A stretch of 63,546 nucleotides of DNA, the filler included, from Chiloscyllium plagiosum (taxonomy: Eukaryota), in assembly GCF_004010195.1 (NCBI RefSeq). It is 4 parts of one record of this genome, joined end to end, with 100 filler letters (N's around TTAATTAATTAA, not from the genome) between each part and the next. Parts side by side here need not be neighbours in the genome. Positions count along the whole stretch, not along the records: positions 1 to 17,373 come from NC_057710.1; positions 17,474 to 28,362 come from NC_057710.1; 2 more parts are not named here. One strand, written 5' to 3'. Below are positions 12,426 through 24,419 of the stretch, in pieces. Within the stretch, counting starts at the first letter, position 1. Every line of letters starts with the position of its first letter. A model generated the notes under the pieces. It was not told the DNA's origin. It searched no databases and worked only from the letters and a program-made list of their open reading frames with translations. Both the position numbers and the translations under genes were made by a program.

Positions 12426-12620
12426 GATTAAAGTGGTGCTGGAAAAGCACAGCAGGTCAGGCAGCATCCGAGGAGCAGGAAAGTCAATGTTTCGGGCAAA
12501 AGCACTTCATCAGTCCTGAAATGTCGATTTTCCTGCTCCTTGTATGCTGCCTGACCTGCTGTGCTTTTCCAGCACCACTAATCCAGACTCTGATTTCCAG
12601 CATCTGCAGTCCTCACTTTC
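12426..12620. mobile_element. Inverted pair of Penelope-type terminal repeats (family B)
   Basis: gtggtgctggaaaagcacagcaggtcaggcagcat is followed by atgctgcctgacctgctgtgcttttccagcaccac as an inverted repeat around a decayed hammerhead. Confidence 0.75.
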
Positions 12621-12689
12621 ATCTTATTCCAGGAGTGGTCTTACCAAGGCCAACATACCTGCTTCACCACACACTTGCTTTCAGCAATG

Positions 12690-13085
12690 TATGTACAAGG
12701 ACACGTGGGTCTCATCCCATTTGCAATGTATTGCCATTCAGATAATAATCGGCCTTTCTGTTTTTGCTACAAAGTAGATAATCTCACATTATTGACGTCA
12801 TATATCATCTGCCATGCATTTGTCCACTTGTTGAACACTGATGCATCCACTCTCCTCCTCCAGCTTTGTATTATCAGCATACTTGAAGATATTAGTTTAA
12901 TTCACTCATCTAAATAATTAGTGAAAATTGCAACTAGCTGGTGTCCAAGCACTAATCCCTGTAGTACCTCATAAATTGCTGCCTGCCTTTCAGAAAATGA
13001 CCCATTTATTCCTGCTCTTTGTTTTCCGTCCGCTAGCCAGTTTTTTTTTCCCCCATCCAGGTCACTACCCCAAATCCCATGCACT
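12690..13085 (-). mobile_element. Decayed CR1 RT fragment
   Basis: Minus-strand frame NWLADGKQRAGINGSFS..LQGLVLG resembles an RT domain. Confidence 0.7.
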
Positions 13086-14116
13086 AACCTCGACTACGTC
13101 AAAAGAACAAGAGCAGCAAATGCTGGGAAATACGACCACTCTACAAATTGTTACAGCGCAGGAGGAGACAATATTTGCTCTAATATTGTGTATTACAATA
13201 ATTATAAAAACAACAGATACTGACACAGGCCACCTGCTAGTCCAAGAAGTAATGCTGAATTTAAAACATTGATTCAAGAGATGAAAGACAAAATGGTGCC
13301 GATCTTTTGGAAATATTTCTAAAAATGCTCGGCCTCAGGCTCACCCAGCGTCTTTACCATCTCTTCAGAATGGATGTGAGTAATAGAAATTTAACTTGAT
13401 TCTGAATGTCGTACCCAGTCATTGGCCCAACATGAAATACCGTACTGATGGCCCCTTTAAATTTACAATCTCTCAGGGATTTGATTTTCCATCCCTCACC
13501 TCCCCTACTCTCCAACCTTCAAATTTCTCCTTCAGTGGGATCTTTACAGCACTCCATTTTTCACATTTGAGCCGAAAAATACTTCTATCCTTCTTGGTAT
13601 AGAATTTTTTAAAATACACCACGAGCCACTTGTGCAGACGAAAATATTTCAACACCAGGAAGTCGTGTATAACCTCCAAGACGCAAGGCTTCAGTTGGTT
13701 TCTCCACTTCACAGACGGATTTAAATTTTGTATTGAAGTACCGACACAAGTAAAACTACTTCATGTCACATACTTTGCTGCAAAACATGAATGTAACTCC
13801 CTCCCTTCAAGGAACAGCTCGAGCAGAGCAGCATCACTACAAAGCGAGCACCAATAAAATGAACCCTCTGCAACATTCTTTAATTAGCGAAGACTTGGTG
13901 CATTCAAAAACCTCCCTAAATTCCTTTTGCCCCGCAACAATGTTTTTTTTTAAACCGGTGGATTTCACCGTGTTCATTAAGAACGAGTCGAGCGAAAAGC
14001 TTTAAACGAAAAGCAAGTCAGACCTGGCGATGAAAGTCTAACGAATGGTTGTGCCTTTACACTGTAGTTTGTCACAATTACTTGTCAGATTGCACCCCGA
14101 TCTCCCGTGAATTCAC

Positions 14117-14270
14117 CTTCAGTTTAAGGAGAATTCTGTCATCCTGCCTGCCGACTTCCGATCAGAAACACACTCAGTTAAAGTCGGCTATCCAATTCGA
14201 CACATGGGACATCATTCATGTTCCTGTCAGCCTATTATTCTCTCCGTTCTTCAACCTGTGGGCGGGACCT
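14117..14270 (-). promoter_or_regulatory. Candidate MAVS promoter and non-coding first exon
   Basis: Largely repeat-free, CpG-enriched stretch (about 13300-14300). It has a GC box GGGCGGG (14260-14266), an ETS-like CGGAAGT on the minus strand (14154-14160) and a donor GAAG|gtgaat at 14117/14116. The assignment to MAVS is inference. Confidence 0.4.
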
Positions 14271-15139
14271 TCTGTTGTCACTGGCGCCGACGCAGGCACT
14301 GCATTGACTAAAGAGACAAAAAAACCTGCAAATGCTGAAATCCAAAGTACACAGTCGGGAGGTTGGAACATCACAGCAAGCCAGGCAAAACCAAGAGGCT
14401 GACTTTGCTGTGTTCTTCCAGCTTCCTTTGCAGCTAAAGCGGTAAAAAAAAAAGGCTGCTCGCCACCACCTTCAGAAGAGAATTTAGGGATGGGCAATTA
14501 ATGTTGGCACAAACAGCGAGGCCCACATCCGAGTGGATAAAACACAAATTAGTCAGATGATGAGCACAGTCTTGTCTTCCTGCCTCTACGTGTACTCAGT
14601 TCTTGAGCAGCGAGCAATGTCAACATTCCTGCCCTCTTGCTCATTGAGGCTGTTACGTGATTAATTATCACTCACTCAATGATTAATTATCATCTCAGTC
14701 TGCCACTGCTGGTATTAGTTGGAAATACAAGCTTTTGTAACGCTGCTCTTTCGTCTGGTTGCTACGTGAGGAAGGAGCGGCGCTCTGAAAGCGTATACTG
14801 CCAAATAAACCTGTTGGACTATAACCTGGTGTGGTGTGATTTTTAACTTTGTACACCCCAGTCCAAAACCGTCACCCCCACATCATGCCTGCTGGTATTA
14901 ACCCAGCTGCAAGCCAGCCTTTTGCAGTGCATTGTGCATCACATTCGATACTGCTTATTACCTCCTGGGTGGTGGTCTGGAGATCAAAGGCACTGGATCA
15001 AGACAGACTTGACATCTAGAAAGGGGACACTGTGCATCAACTAAATCAATAACACAGCTCCCCACCCCAGTACACAGTACTTGCAGGTATGACTTTAGTC
15101 GCTCTGGGATTCTGGCACTTGTCTCATCGACTCATATAC

Positions 15140-15625
15140 ATTTACAGGACAGAAGGAAGGCCACTCATCCAAATGTTGATCAATAAAGATCTGACTACAT
15201 TAATCCCATTGGTTTGGAGACTATGACAATGTGCGTGTAGTGCTTAAATGATTCTTTAATGTTACAGGAATTTCTGACCCAATCACCCTATCAGGCAGTA
15301 AGTTCCAGACTCTGGGTGAAAACAATGCCTCCTCAACTCTCCTCTTAATCTTCTACTTTTTCCTTTAAATCTATGCCCCCTTGTATTTGACCCCTCTACT
15401 AATGTAAAAAATATCTTCCACCCATCTATGCCCCTCAAAATCTTATAAACGTCTATCAGATCCCCTCTCAACTTTCACTGCCTAATGTGAAACAACCCAG
15501 CCTATCCAATCTTTACTTGTATCTCAGGCTCACCAGTCCAGGTAGCATCCTGGTAAATCTTTTCTGATGCAATCACATACTTCTTAAAATGTGGTGATCA
15601 AAACTGCACACACTATTCCAGTTGA
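15140..15625 (-). mobile_element. CR1 3' fragment
   Basis: ORF 15283-15471 (RGDLIDVYKILRGID..TRGHRFK). Confidence 0.8.
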
Positions 15626-16174
15626 AGGGATACAAGGATCTTTGAGGTTTTTTCAAATATATAAAAACATATCAAAGGGTACACAGTACTCTAACAACAT
15701 AGGTGACAGAAACTGGAACCCTCTCCTCCCTCTCTAGATTCTTCTCCAAGCGATGTTTTACCAGACATGCAACGCTGGGACTCCCAGTCATGGCTGCAGA
15801 TAACTGTATCTATGTCCTGACTCTTTCCCCTACCACAATTACATTTCTTTCTTCTTCCCCCACTTGAATAGCTCCTTATACTAAGGTATTGTGGACAGTT
15901 TGCTCATCCTCCCTGCAGTTCCCACTCTTGTCAGTACAGTTTGCAAGTTGTGGCTGTTGGACTTTTGTAGGGGGTGAGATTCCTTGACTTTACCCTGTTG
16001 GGTCCTTATTTCAGCCTCACCTCCAGTCACGCCCCCTTGTAATAAAACAAAGAACTGCAGATCAGAAACAGTAACAGAAATTGCTGGCAAAACTCAACAG
16101 GTTTGGCAGCATCCATGCGAAGAAAGCATTTGACTCCAGTGACTCTTCAGAAGAACTCACTCTCCTGTCTCTAA

Positions 16175-16860
16175 TAGACAATAGACAATAGGTGCAGGAG
16201 TAGGCCATTCTGCCCTACGAGCCAGCACCACCATTCATTATGATCATGGCCGATAATCTTCAATCAGTATCCTGTTCCTGCCTTATCCCCATAACCCTTG
16301 ATTCCACTATTCTTAAGAGCTCTATCCAACTCTTTCTTGAAAGTATCCAGAGACTTGGCCTCCACAGCCTTCTGGTGATGAATTTTGTGGTCAGGAATGG
16401 GACTCTCGGAGGGTATGTTGCCTCCCCGGTGCCAGGGTCTGGGATGTTGCCAATCAGGTTTACAGGATTCTGAAGGGGGAGGGTGAGCAGCCAGAAATCG
16501 TGGTTATATATTGGCACCAATGATATAGCCAGGAAAGGGATTGAGGATCTGAAAAGTGACCACAGAGAGTTAGGTTGGGAGCTGAAGAGCAGGACGAGTA
16601 GAGTAGAGATCTCAGGTTTGCTACCGGTGCCTCGAGATGGTGAGATGAGGAACAGTCAGCAAGTGCAGCTTAACACGTGGCAGTGAGGCTGGTGCAGGAG
16701 GGAGGGCTTCAGATACTTAGACCATTGGGAAGCTTTCTGGGGAAGGTGGGATCTGTACATGAAGGGCGGGTTGCACCTGAACTGGAGGGGCACAAATGTC
16801 CTGGGTGGAAGATTTGTTCATGTGGTTCGGAAGGGTTTAAATTAGTTTGGCGGGGTGGGT
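16175..16860. mobile_element. CR1 3' end (-, about 16175-16370) next to a CR1 ORF1 SGNH-esterase fragment (+, about 16375-16860)
   Basis: aatagac tail repeats; IGTNDIARKG..ISGLLPVPR..QLNTW is the CR1 ORF1 esterase region. Confidence 0.8.
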
Positions 16861-16907
16861 GGGAATGAGAGATACACATCTAGTGGGGGGGGGTGGTTGT
16901 AGATTGA

Positions 16908-17103
16908 GGTGGCATGGTGGCTCAGTGGTTAGCACTGCTGCCTCACAGTGCCAGAGACTCAGGTTTGATCCCTGCCCCAGGCGACTGTGTGGAGTGCCTG
17001 TGTGTTGTCTGCGTGGACTTCTTCAAGGAGCTCTGGTTTCCTTCCACAATCCAAAGATGTGCAGGTCAGGTGAATTGGTCATGCTAAATTGCCCATAGTG
17101 ATC
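16908..17103 (+). mobile_element. HE1-type V-SINE, 3' part replaced by a Penelope-type element
   Basis: Head ggtggctcagtggttagcactgctgcctcacag and V-domain are present; the match stops at about 17103. Confidence 0.8.
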
Positions 17104-17104
17104 G

Positions 17105-17373
17105 GTGCTGAAAATGTGTTGCTGGAAAAGCGCAGCAGGTCAGGCAGCATCCAGGGAACAGGAGAATCGACGTTTCGGGCATAAGCCCTTCTTCAGGAAT
17201 GAGGAAAGTTTGTCCAGCAGGCTAAGATAAAAGGTAGGGAGGAGGGACTTGGGGGAGGGGCGTCAGAAATGCGATAGGTGGAAAGAGGTCAAGGTGAGGG
17301 TGATAGGTCAGAGGGGGAGGGGGGCGGAGAGGTCAGGAAGAAGATTGCAGGTTAGGAAGGCGGTGCTGAATTC
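17105..17373 (-). mobile_element. Penelope-type element end (family B), running into the gap; hammerhead motif at 17165-17200
   Basis: Reverse complement reads attc-CTGAAGA-A-GGGC ttat GCCC-GAAACGTC-gatt and matches 17474-17672. Confidence 0.8.
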
Positions 17374-17473
17374 NNNNNNNNNNNNNNNNNNNNNNNNNNN
17401 NNNNNNNNNNNNNNNNNTTAATTAATTAANNNNNNNNNNNNNNNNNNNNNNNNNNNNNNNNNNNNNNNNNNNN
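17374..17473. other. Assembly spacer (44 N + TTAATTAATTAA + 44 N)
   Basis: Artificial linker with stop codons in all six frames. Confidence 0.98.
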
Positions 17474-17672
17474 ATTTCCAACGCCCCTCCTCCAAGTCCC
17501 TCCTCCCTACCTTTTATCTTCTCCTGCTGAACACTCTCTGCTCATTCCTGAAGAAGGGCCTGTGCCCGAAACGTCGAATCTCCTGTTCCTTGGATGCTGC
17601 CTGACCTGCTGTGCTGTTCCAGCAATAAAGTTTCAACTTTGATCTCCAGCATCTGCAGACCTCACTTTCTCC
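17474..17672 (+). mobile_element. Penelope-type element end (family B)
   Basis: Inverted relative to 17105-17373; ends catctgcagacctcactttctcc. Confidence 0.8.
17544..17579 (+). ncRNA. Minimal type I hammerhead ribozyme motif (family B), best-preserved copy
   Basis: auuc-CUGAAGA-A-GGGC cugu GCCC-GAA-ACGU-C-gaau: 4-bp stem I, core, 4-bp stem II, palindromic stem III (ACGU) and a GUC cleavage triplet. Confidence 0.72.
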
Positions 17673-18967
17673 TTTGATCTTTATGTCATCATTGTCTACA
17701 GAAATAGTGCCAGAAGACTGGAGGATAGCAAATGTTGTTCCTTTGTTCAAGAAGGGGATTAGAGACAACTCTGGTAATTATAGACCCATGAGTCTTACTT
17801 CGGTTGTGGGTAAAGTGTTTGAAAAGGTTATAAGAGGTAGGATTTATAATCATCTAGAAAGGAATAAGCTGATTCAGGGTCGTAAACAGAGTTCTTTTGT
17901 AGGGTAGGTCATGCCTCACAAACCTTATTGAGTTCTTTGAGAAGGTAACCAAACAGTGGATGTGTGTAAAGTGGTTGATGTGATGTATATGGATTTCAGT
18001 AAGGCATTTGCTAGGGTCCCCCATGGTAGGCTATTGCACAAAATACAGAGGCATGGAATTGAGGATGATTTAGCAGTTTGGATCAGAAATTGGCTTGAAA
18101 GAAGGTAGAGGGTGGTGGCTAATGGGAAATGTTAATCCTGGAGTTTAGTTACTGGTGGTGTACCGCAAGGATCTGTCTTGGAGCCATTGCTGTTTGTTAT
18201 TTTTCTAAACAACCTGGATGAGGGTGTAGGAGGATGGGTTAGTAAATTTGTGGATGACACTGAGGTTGATAGAGTTGTGGATAGTGCAGCAGGATGTTGT
18301 AGGTTACAGAGGGACATAGATAAGCTTCAGAACTGGGCTGAGAGGTGACAAATGGAGTTTAGTGTGGAAAAGTGTGAGGTGATTCATTTTTGAAGGTGCA
18401 ACAGAAATGCAGAGTACTGTGCAAATGGTAACGTTCTTGATAGTGTAGTTGAGCAGAGGGATCTTGGTGTCCATGTGCCTAGATCCCTGAAAGTTGCCAC
18501 CCAAATTATTAGGGTTGTTAAGAAGGCATACTTTGGAAGGAGAATGAAGAGTACTGGGCTAATGTTTGCTTTTATTAGTGGAGGGATTGAGTTTCGGAAC
18601 CATGTGTCAAGCAGATGTACAACTCTGGTGCGGCCACACCTGGAGTATTGTGTACAGTTCTGGTCACCGCATTATAGGAAGGATATGGAAGCTTTGGAAA
18701 GGGTTCAGAGGAGATTTACTAGTATGTTGCCTTGTATGGATGGAAGGTCTAATGAGGAAAGGCTGATGGATTTGAGGCTGTTTTTCTTTGAGAAAAGAAG
18801 GTTGAGAGGTGACTTAATTGAGTCATACAAAATAATCAGAGTTAGATAGTGTGGACAGTGACAGCCTTTTTCCTCCGATGATGATGGCGAGTACGAGGGG
18901 GCATAACTTTAAATTGAGGGGTGATCGATGTAGGCCAAATGTCAGAGGTAGCTTCTTTACTCAGAGA
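17673..18967 (+). mobile_element. CR1 ORF2 RT fragment
   Basis: VPEDWRIANVVPLFKKG..NYRPMSLTSVVGK and RPHLEYCVQFWSP, with frameshifts. Confidence 0.9.
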
Positions 18968-18974
18968 ATGGACC

Positions 18975-19892
18975 AACCCTATCCTTCGTATAATGCGGTG
19001 ACCAGAACTGTACGTAATACTCCAAGTGCAGCTGCACCAGAGTTTTATACAGCTGCAGCATGACCTCATGGCTCCAAATCTCAATCCTTCTACTAATGAA
19101 AGCTAACACACCGTATGCCTTCTTAACAACCCTATCAATCTGGGTGGCAACAGACACGGAGATCTCTCTGCTCATCTACACTATCAAGAATCTTACCACT
19201 AGCCCAGTACTCTTCATTCCTGTTGCTCTTTCCAAAGTAAATTGCCTCACATTTTTCCTCATTATCTCCATTTGCCACAGGTCTGCAGCTTATCTATGTC
19301 CTTCTGTAACCGACAACATCCTTCGACACTATCCACAACTCTACCAACCTCAGTGTCATCCTCAAATTTGCTAACCCATCCTTCTATGCCCTCATCCAGG
19401 TTGTTTATAGAAATGACAACCAGCAGTGAACCCAAAACAAATCCTTGTGGTGCACCACTAGTAACTAAACTCCAAGATGAACATTTCCCATCAACCACCA
19501 CTCTGTCTTCTTTCAGCTAGCCAATTTCTGATCCAAACCGCTAAGTCACCCTCAATCCCATGCCTCTATATTTTGTGCAATAGCCTAGCATGGGGAACCT
19601 TATCAAACACTTTACTGAAATCCATACACACATCATCAACTGCTTTACCCTCATCACTTGTTTGGTCACCTTCTCAAAGAACTCAATAAGGATTGTGAGG
19701 CATGACCTACCGTTCACAAAACAGTATTGATGATCCCTAATCAGCTTATTCCTTTCTAGATAATTAAAAATCCTACCCCTTATAACCTGTTCTAACACTT
19801 TATCCACAACCAAAGTAAAGCTCACTGATCTATAATTACCAGGGTTTTTCTACCCTCCTTGAACAAGGGAACAACATTTGCGATCCTCCAGT
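18975..19892 (-). mobile_element. CR1 ORF2 RT fragment, inverted relative to its neighbour
   Basis: GAPQGFVLG..SKFEDDT and HLEYYVQFWSP on the minus strand. Confidence 0.9.
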
Positions 19893-21287
19893 CTCTTTTG
19901 ACCCAGTAGGATGCCCAGTGTACATTTTTCCTTGTGGGAAGGATTAGAAATATGGGGCAAACTTTTAAATTAGGTGGTCTTTAAGAACAGGAGGAATTTT
20001 TTTTCATTGAGGGATGTCTAGCTATGGAATGCTGGTCACCTGGGGGAGATGGAAGTAGTTATTGAATACTTCTCTTTCAGAGGAAAATTGATTCATTAAG
20101 GGAGGAGTTTGGTATTAGGATAGGAAGAAACGTGAGGTTTGGGCCACTGTCAGATCATTCATGATCTTGTTGAACAGCTATGCAGGGTCGATGAATCAAA
20201 TGGCAACCAATTGCTCTAATTTGTATGTTTGTGATAAAAAGAACCCTCGTAAAATTGAAGTTGCTGGGAATCGTGAAATCTACAATGTTTGATATTGCAC
20301 CTGGTACAAAGGATAGTTACGCTTGTTGGAGGCCAGTCATCTTAGCCCTATTAGGTGTAAGTGCTTAATTGCCTTTTTAGCATCTGCATAATCAGTTGCT
20401 TAGTACCATTTATGCTCATACAAATTATAAGAGCAAAGAAAAGCATTTCTCATCATAGTAATCCAAGCTGTATTCTTCCAGATTTTTTCAGTCTTCTGTT
20501 TCTTTGGGAGCAGAATTTATAATCTTTCTTTAATTAGCATAAGAGTATTTTGATCAAAGACCATAGGGCTGTTTTGTTATTAGAGCGAAACGGCTTGGTG
20601 ATGTTTTAATCTGAGATTATCACACCTCAGATGAGGAGGAGTAATTGAGAATGAGTGTCCTTCAGGATAACCTCACCTGGTGCAGGAATTGAACCCACAT
20701 TTGCATCATTCTCCTTCACAACTACTGAGCTAATACTTTGATTAACAGTCTGATTTTTAGCATACAACATAGAAGTAAAGTTGGTGGCAGATTTGAATAA
20801 GGGTTAAAAAGTTTTGAAAACAACTGTTGTACAATTTCTTCTGTTTGCCATGGACTTTCTCATGGCTTGCTCTTGTTATGGCAAAATGAGAGCTTTAGTG
20901 AAATGTCTGTTTTGTGGGAGAAGAACATTATACTCATAGAGCCAACAAAAATTGTTGCAAGGTTTTTATGAATTGCCTAAAACATTCTCAATCCTTTGGT
21001 AAATTTCAGTGATCGATGCATTGACTGCTTTCACTTCATCGAATTTGATGAATGAGTCAATTCTACTCTTTCTCCATTGCCTTTCTTTCCATAGAGTGAA
21101 TTCAATTGTTGCATTTAGCATGAACCTGTTTAATTATTAATTACAATTGTCAATTTGTAATTGTTTAGTACACTAGTACACTGCACCTCACAAGATTGTT
21201 ATTTATTTGGGGATGAGACACAACGGACGTCTGCATGATTTTTTGTTACATCAATACCTAGTAATGTTCATCTTTTATTTTTAAAAG

Positions 21288-21324
21288 GGCTATCAAGAGA
21301 AAAACAAGTTTATAGCAGCTCAAG
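21288..21324 (+). CDS. PTPRA: PTPRA internal exon (PTP domain D1)
   Basis: Acceptor cttttatttttaaaag|GGC and donor CAAG|gtaaat; 37 nt encoding GYQEKNKFIAAQ(G). Splices in frame to 26576. Confidence 0.93.
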
Positions 21325-21419
21325 GTAAATCATAAACATATTTAAATGTAAAGAATTTTTCAATATGTAATTTCCTGCATGTAATTCTGTCTGTTATTGA
21401 AATGCTGAGTGAATGATTG

Positions 21420-22925
21420 GTCTCGAATACCTCCTAAGGTCTATTGCATCACAGTTGCCAGCCTTCAGCCAATTCAACTCATTCTACTTGTAATCAAGAA
21501 ACAGTTGAAGGTACTAGATCCTGTTAAAAATTACAACACCAGGTTATAGTCCAACAGTGAAGGAACAGCACTCAAAACACTAGTACTTCCAAATAAATCT
21601 GTTGAACTCTCATCCGATGTTGTGTGATTTTTAACTTTGTTCACCACAGTCCAACACCGGCACCTCCACATCAGTAGATACTGGAAGACCTGTGATTCCC
21701 TGACAACATTTTGGCAGTAATACTGAAAACTTGTGCTCAAAAACTAGCTGAGGCCCTAACCAACCTATTCTAGTATAATTACAATATTGGCTTCTACTCA
21801 GCAATATTCAAAATTGTTCAAGTATATTCTGATCAGAAAAAGGCTGGAAAGCATCAACCCAGCCAGTTACCATGCCATCAGTATATCATCAGCAAAGTGA
21901 TGGAAAATGTTATAGCAGCACTACTAAGTAGCACTTGGTGAACAATTCCCTGCTTACTGATTTTCAGTTTGGCTTCCTCTAGCCACACTCAGCTTCTAAC
22001 CCCATTACAGCCTTGGTTAAAACATGGACAAATTAGTTAAACTCCAGAGCGAATGGTAAGATGACTGCCCTTGATATCCAGATAGCATTTGATAAAGTGT
22101 ATATTACGGAGTCAGTGGGGATCAAGGTAAATTCTCTGCTGTTGGAGACGTACCTAGCAAAAAGTAAGACCATTTTGCCAATCATCTCGGGTGCAAAATA
22201 TCACTGCAGGGGCTCCTCAAGATCGCCTCCTAGGCATACACATCTTTAACATCTTCACGAATGGTCTTCTGACCATCATTAAGTCTAAAGTGGGGATGTT
22301 TGCTAATGATTGTTCAGCACCATTCACAACTCCTCACACACTGAAACAGGCCAAATACAACAAGATCTACACAACAAAAACCAAAAGAACTGTGGATGCT
22401 GTAAATCAGAAACAAAAACAGAAATTGATGGAAAAGCTCAGCAGATTTGGCAGCATCTATGAGGAGAAATCAGAATTAACATATAGGTGATCCTTCCTCA
22501 GATCTAGACAATGTCCAGGCTATGCTATAGACAATACTGTGGCTATAAGAGCAAGTCAGAAGTTGGGAATTCTTTGGCAGCCAACCCATTTCCTGACTCC
22601 TGAAAGGATGTCCACTACCTACAAACAGAAGTTAGGAGTGTGTTGGAATACTGCATTTTCTACTTTGCTAGAGGAGTGTAGCTCTAACAATCCTCAAAAA
22701 GATTGTCACCAACTAGGACAAACAGCCTACTTGATTGATACCATATTTGAAACCTTCAGCATTCATTCCCTCAGTGTGTACTATCGACAAGATACTTTGC
22801 AGCGATTCACCCAAGCTCCTGAAGCAGCACCTTCCAATCCTGCGATCTGTACTGGCTGAAAGGATAAGGGCAGAGAGATGTGGAAACACCACTACCTGCA
22901 AGCACTCCTCCAAGTCTCACACTGT
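21420..22925 (+). mobile_element. Older CR1/L2-like LINE RT remnant with nested Penelope-type pieces (about 21531-21672 and 22375-22502); its 3' end resumes at about 23985-24115
   Basis: ALDIQIAFDKV, GAPQ..LG and MFAND are RT-like motifs. Same family as 8110-9095. Confidence 0.7.
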
Positions 22926-23422
22926 CCTGGCTCAGGAGGTTTACCAGGTTGATTCCAGGGCTGGGAGGACTGTCATTCACAGTGGTTTTATAGCTTGAGC
23001 TTGCACTTTCTGAAGTTCAGAAGAATGAGGAGGGATCTGCTTCACGTATATAAAATGCTAAAGAGGATTGATAAAGTGGATGTTGAACAGATGCTCCCCC
23101 TTGTGGGACAGTCTCGAACAAGAAATCACAGAGAGTGAGAGGAGGTAGGTTTAAAACTGAGATGAGGAGAAACTTCTCTCAGAGGGTCATGAATCGGTGG
23201 AACTCACTGGTCTGGAGTGTAGTAGAGGCAGAATCAATCAATAGATTCAAGAAAGAAATAGATATGTTTCTAATGAAGAGCGGGATAAAGGACTATGGGG
23301 ACCAGCAGGAAAGTGGAGTTGAGACTTGGATAAAATCAGCCATAATCATGTTAATTGGCGGAGCAGGCTTGAGGGCTGAATTGCCTAACTCTGCTCTGAA
23401 TTCCTATGTCCTATGTTTCTAT
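22926..23422 (+). mobile_element. CR1 3' fragment
   Basis: RGGRFKTEMRRNFSQRVMNRWNSL, with a tcctatg-type tail. Confidence 0.8.
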
Positions 23423-23430
23423 GAACTGTA

Positions 23431-23982
23431 CAAGTCGTTCTGCTGTAATATGCATTTTGTTAATGCGAATTTGCTGTAACACAAATGAACGTGATGAATT
23501 GGGGGCGCTTTCTAAAACACAATGGTTTAAAATGGTGGGCGGCACGGTGGCACAGTGGTTAGCACTGCTGCCTCACAGTGCCAGAGACCCGGGTTCAATT
23601 CCCGCCTCAGGTGACTGACTGTGTGGAGTTTGCACATTCTCCCCGTGTCTGCGTGGGTTTCCTCCGGGTGCTCCGGTTTCCTCCCACAATCCAAAAATGT
23701 GCAAGTTAGGTGAATTGGCCATGCTAAATTGCCCGTAGAGTTAGGTGAAGGGGTAAATGTAGGTGAATGGGTCTGGGTGGGTTGCTCTTTGGAGGGTCGG
23801 TGTGGACTTGTTGGGCCGAAGGGCCTGTTTCCACACTGTAATGTAATCTAATTTAATCTAAAACGTGTTGGCTGATACGCAATTACATTGCTAACACTTA
23901 AATAGTTGTGTGTAAAGCACGATTTTTCTATAGTGCAGTGTTGCACAAGAACACAATCATTGTTTTAAGGAAGAACTACCTG
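23431..23982. mobile_element. Tc1/mariner-pogo (Tigger-like) MITE interrupted by a SINE
   Basis: TA|caagtcgttctgctgtaa...aagaactacctg|TA: degenerate terminal inverted repeats with a TA duplication. Related to 24837-25049. Confidence 0.7.
23537..23860 (+). mobile_element. Full-length HE1-type V-SINE
   Basis: A box tggcacagtgg, B box ggttcaattcc, V-domain, LINE-like tail gttgggccgaagggcctgtttcc and a tctaa-type end. Confidence 0.92.
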
Positions 23983-24419
23983 TATTGCTATACCTTCAAT
24001 GTCAATTGGTCAAAATCCTGGAACTGCCTCCCTAACAGCACTCTAACATAGCTCCGTAACATGACCATCCTCTAACATGACAGCTGACCATCCTCTCAAA
24101 TGCAATTACAGGTAGTTAGAAATTAAAAGAAAATAAACTTAAAATGGTAAATTGTTTAAGTTATCTGCCTTATCTACCTATATGTTTTTTGTTTGATTTA
24201 TAGAATATGGTGTTATAGCACAGAAGGAGGCTATTCATCCCATCATATATAAAGCTATTTGGCTAGTTCCATTTTTCTGCTGTTCCCCATTGCCCTATGT
24301 TTTCTTCTCTTCAGATAATTATTTACTTTCATTTTAAAAGCCACAAGTGAATCTGGCTCTGCCTACCCCTCTGGTAGTGCAATCACAATGCTAATTATGT
24401 GTTGCGCAAAAGCATTGTG

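Noticed and set aside
14119..14142. uORF peptide MTEFSLN resembling MAVS residues 16-19 (MTEF)
   Set aside because: A four-residue match is too short to distinguish from coincidence.
17418..17429. TTAATTAATTAA palindrome inside N runs (three times)
   Set aside because: It is an artificial six-frame stop linker placed identically in each 100-nt spacer, not biological sequence.
23537..23612. tRNA genes
   Set aside because: These are SINE heads with A and B boxes that continue into the V-domain; I saw no complete cloverleaf.
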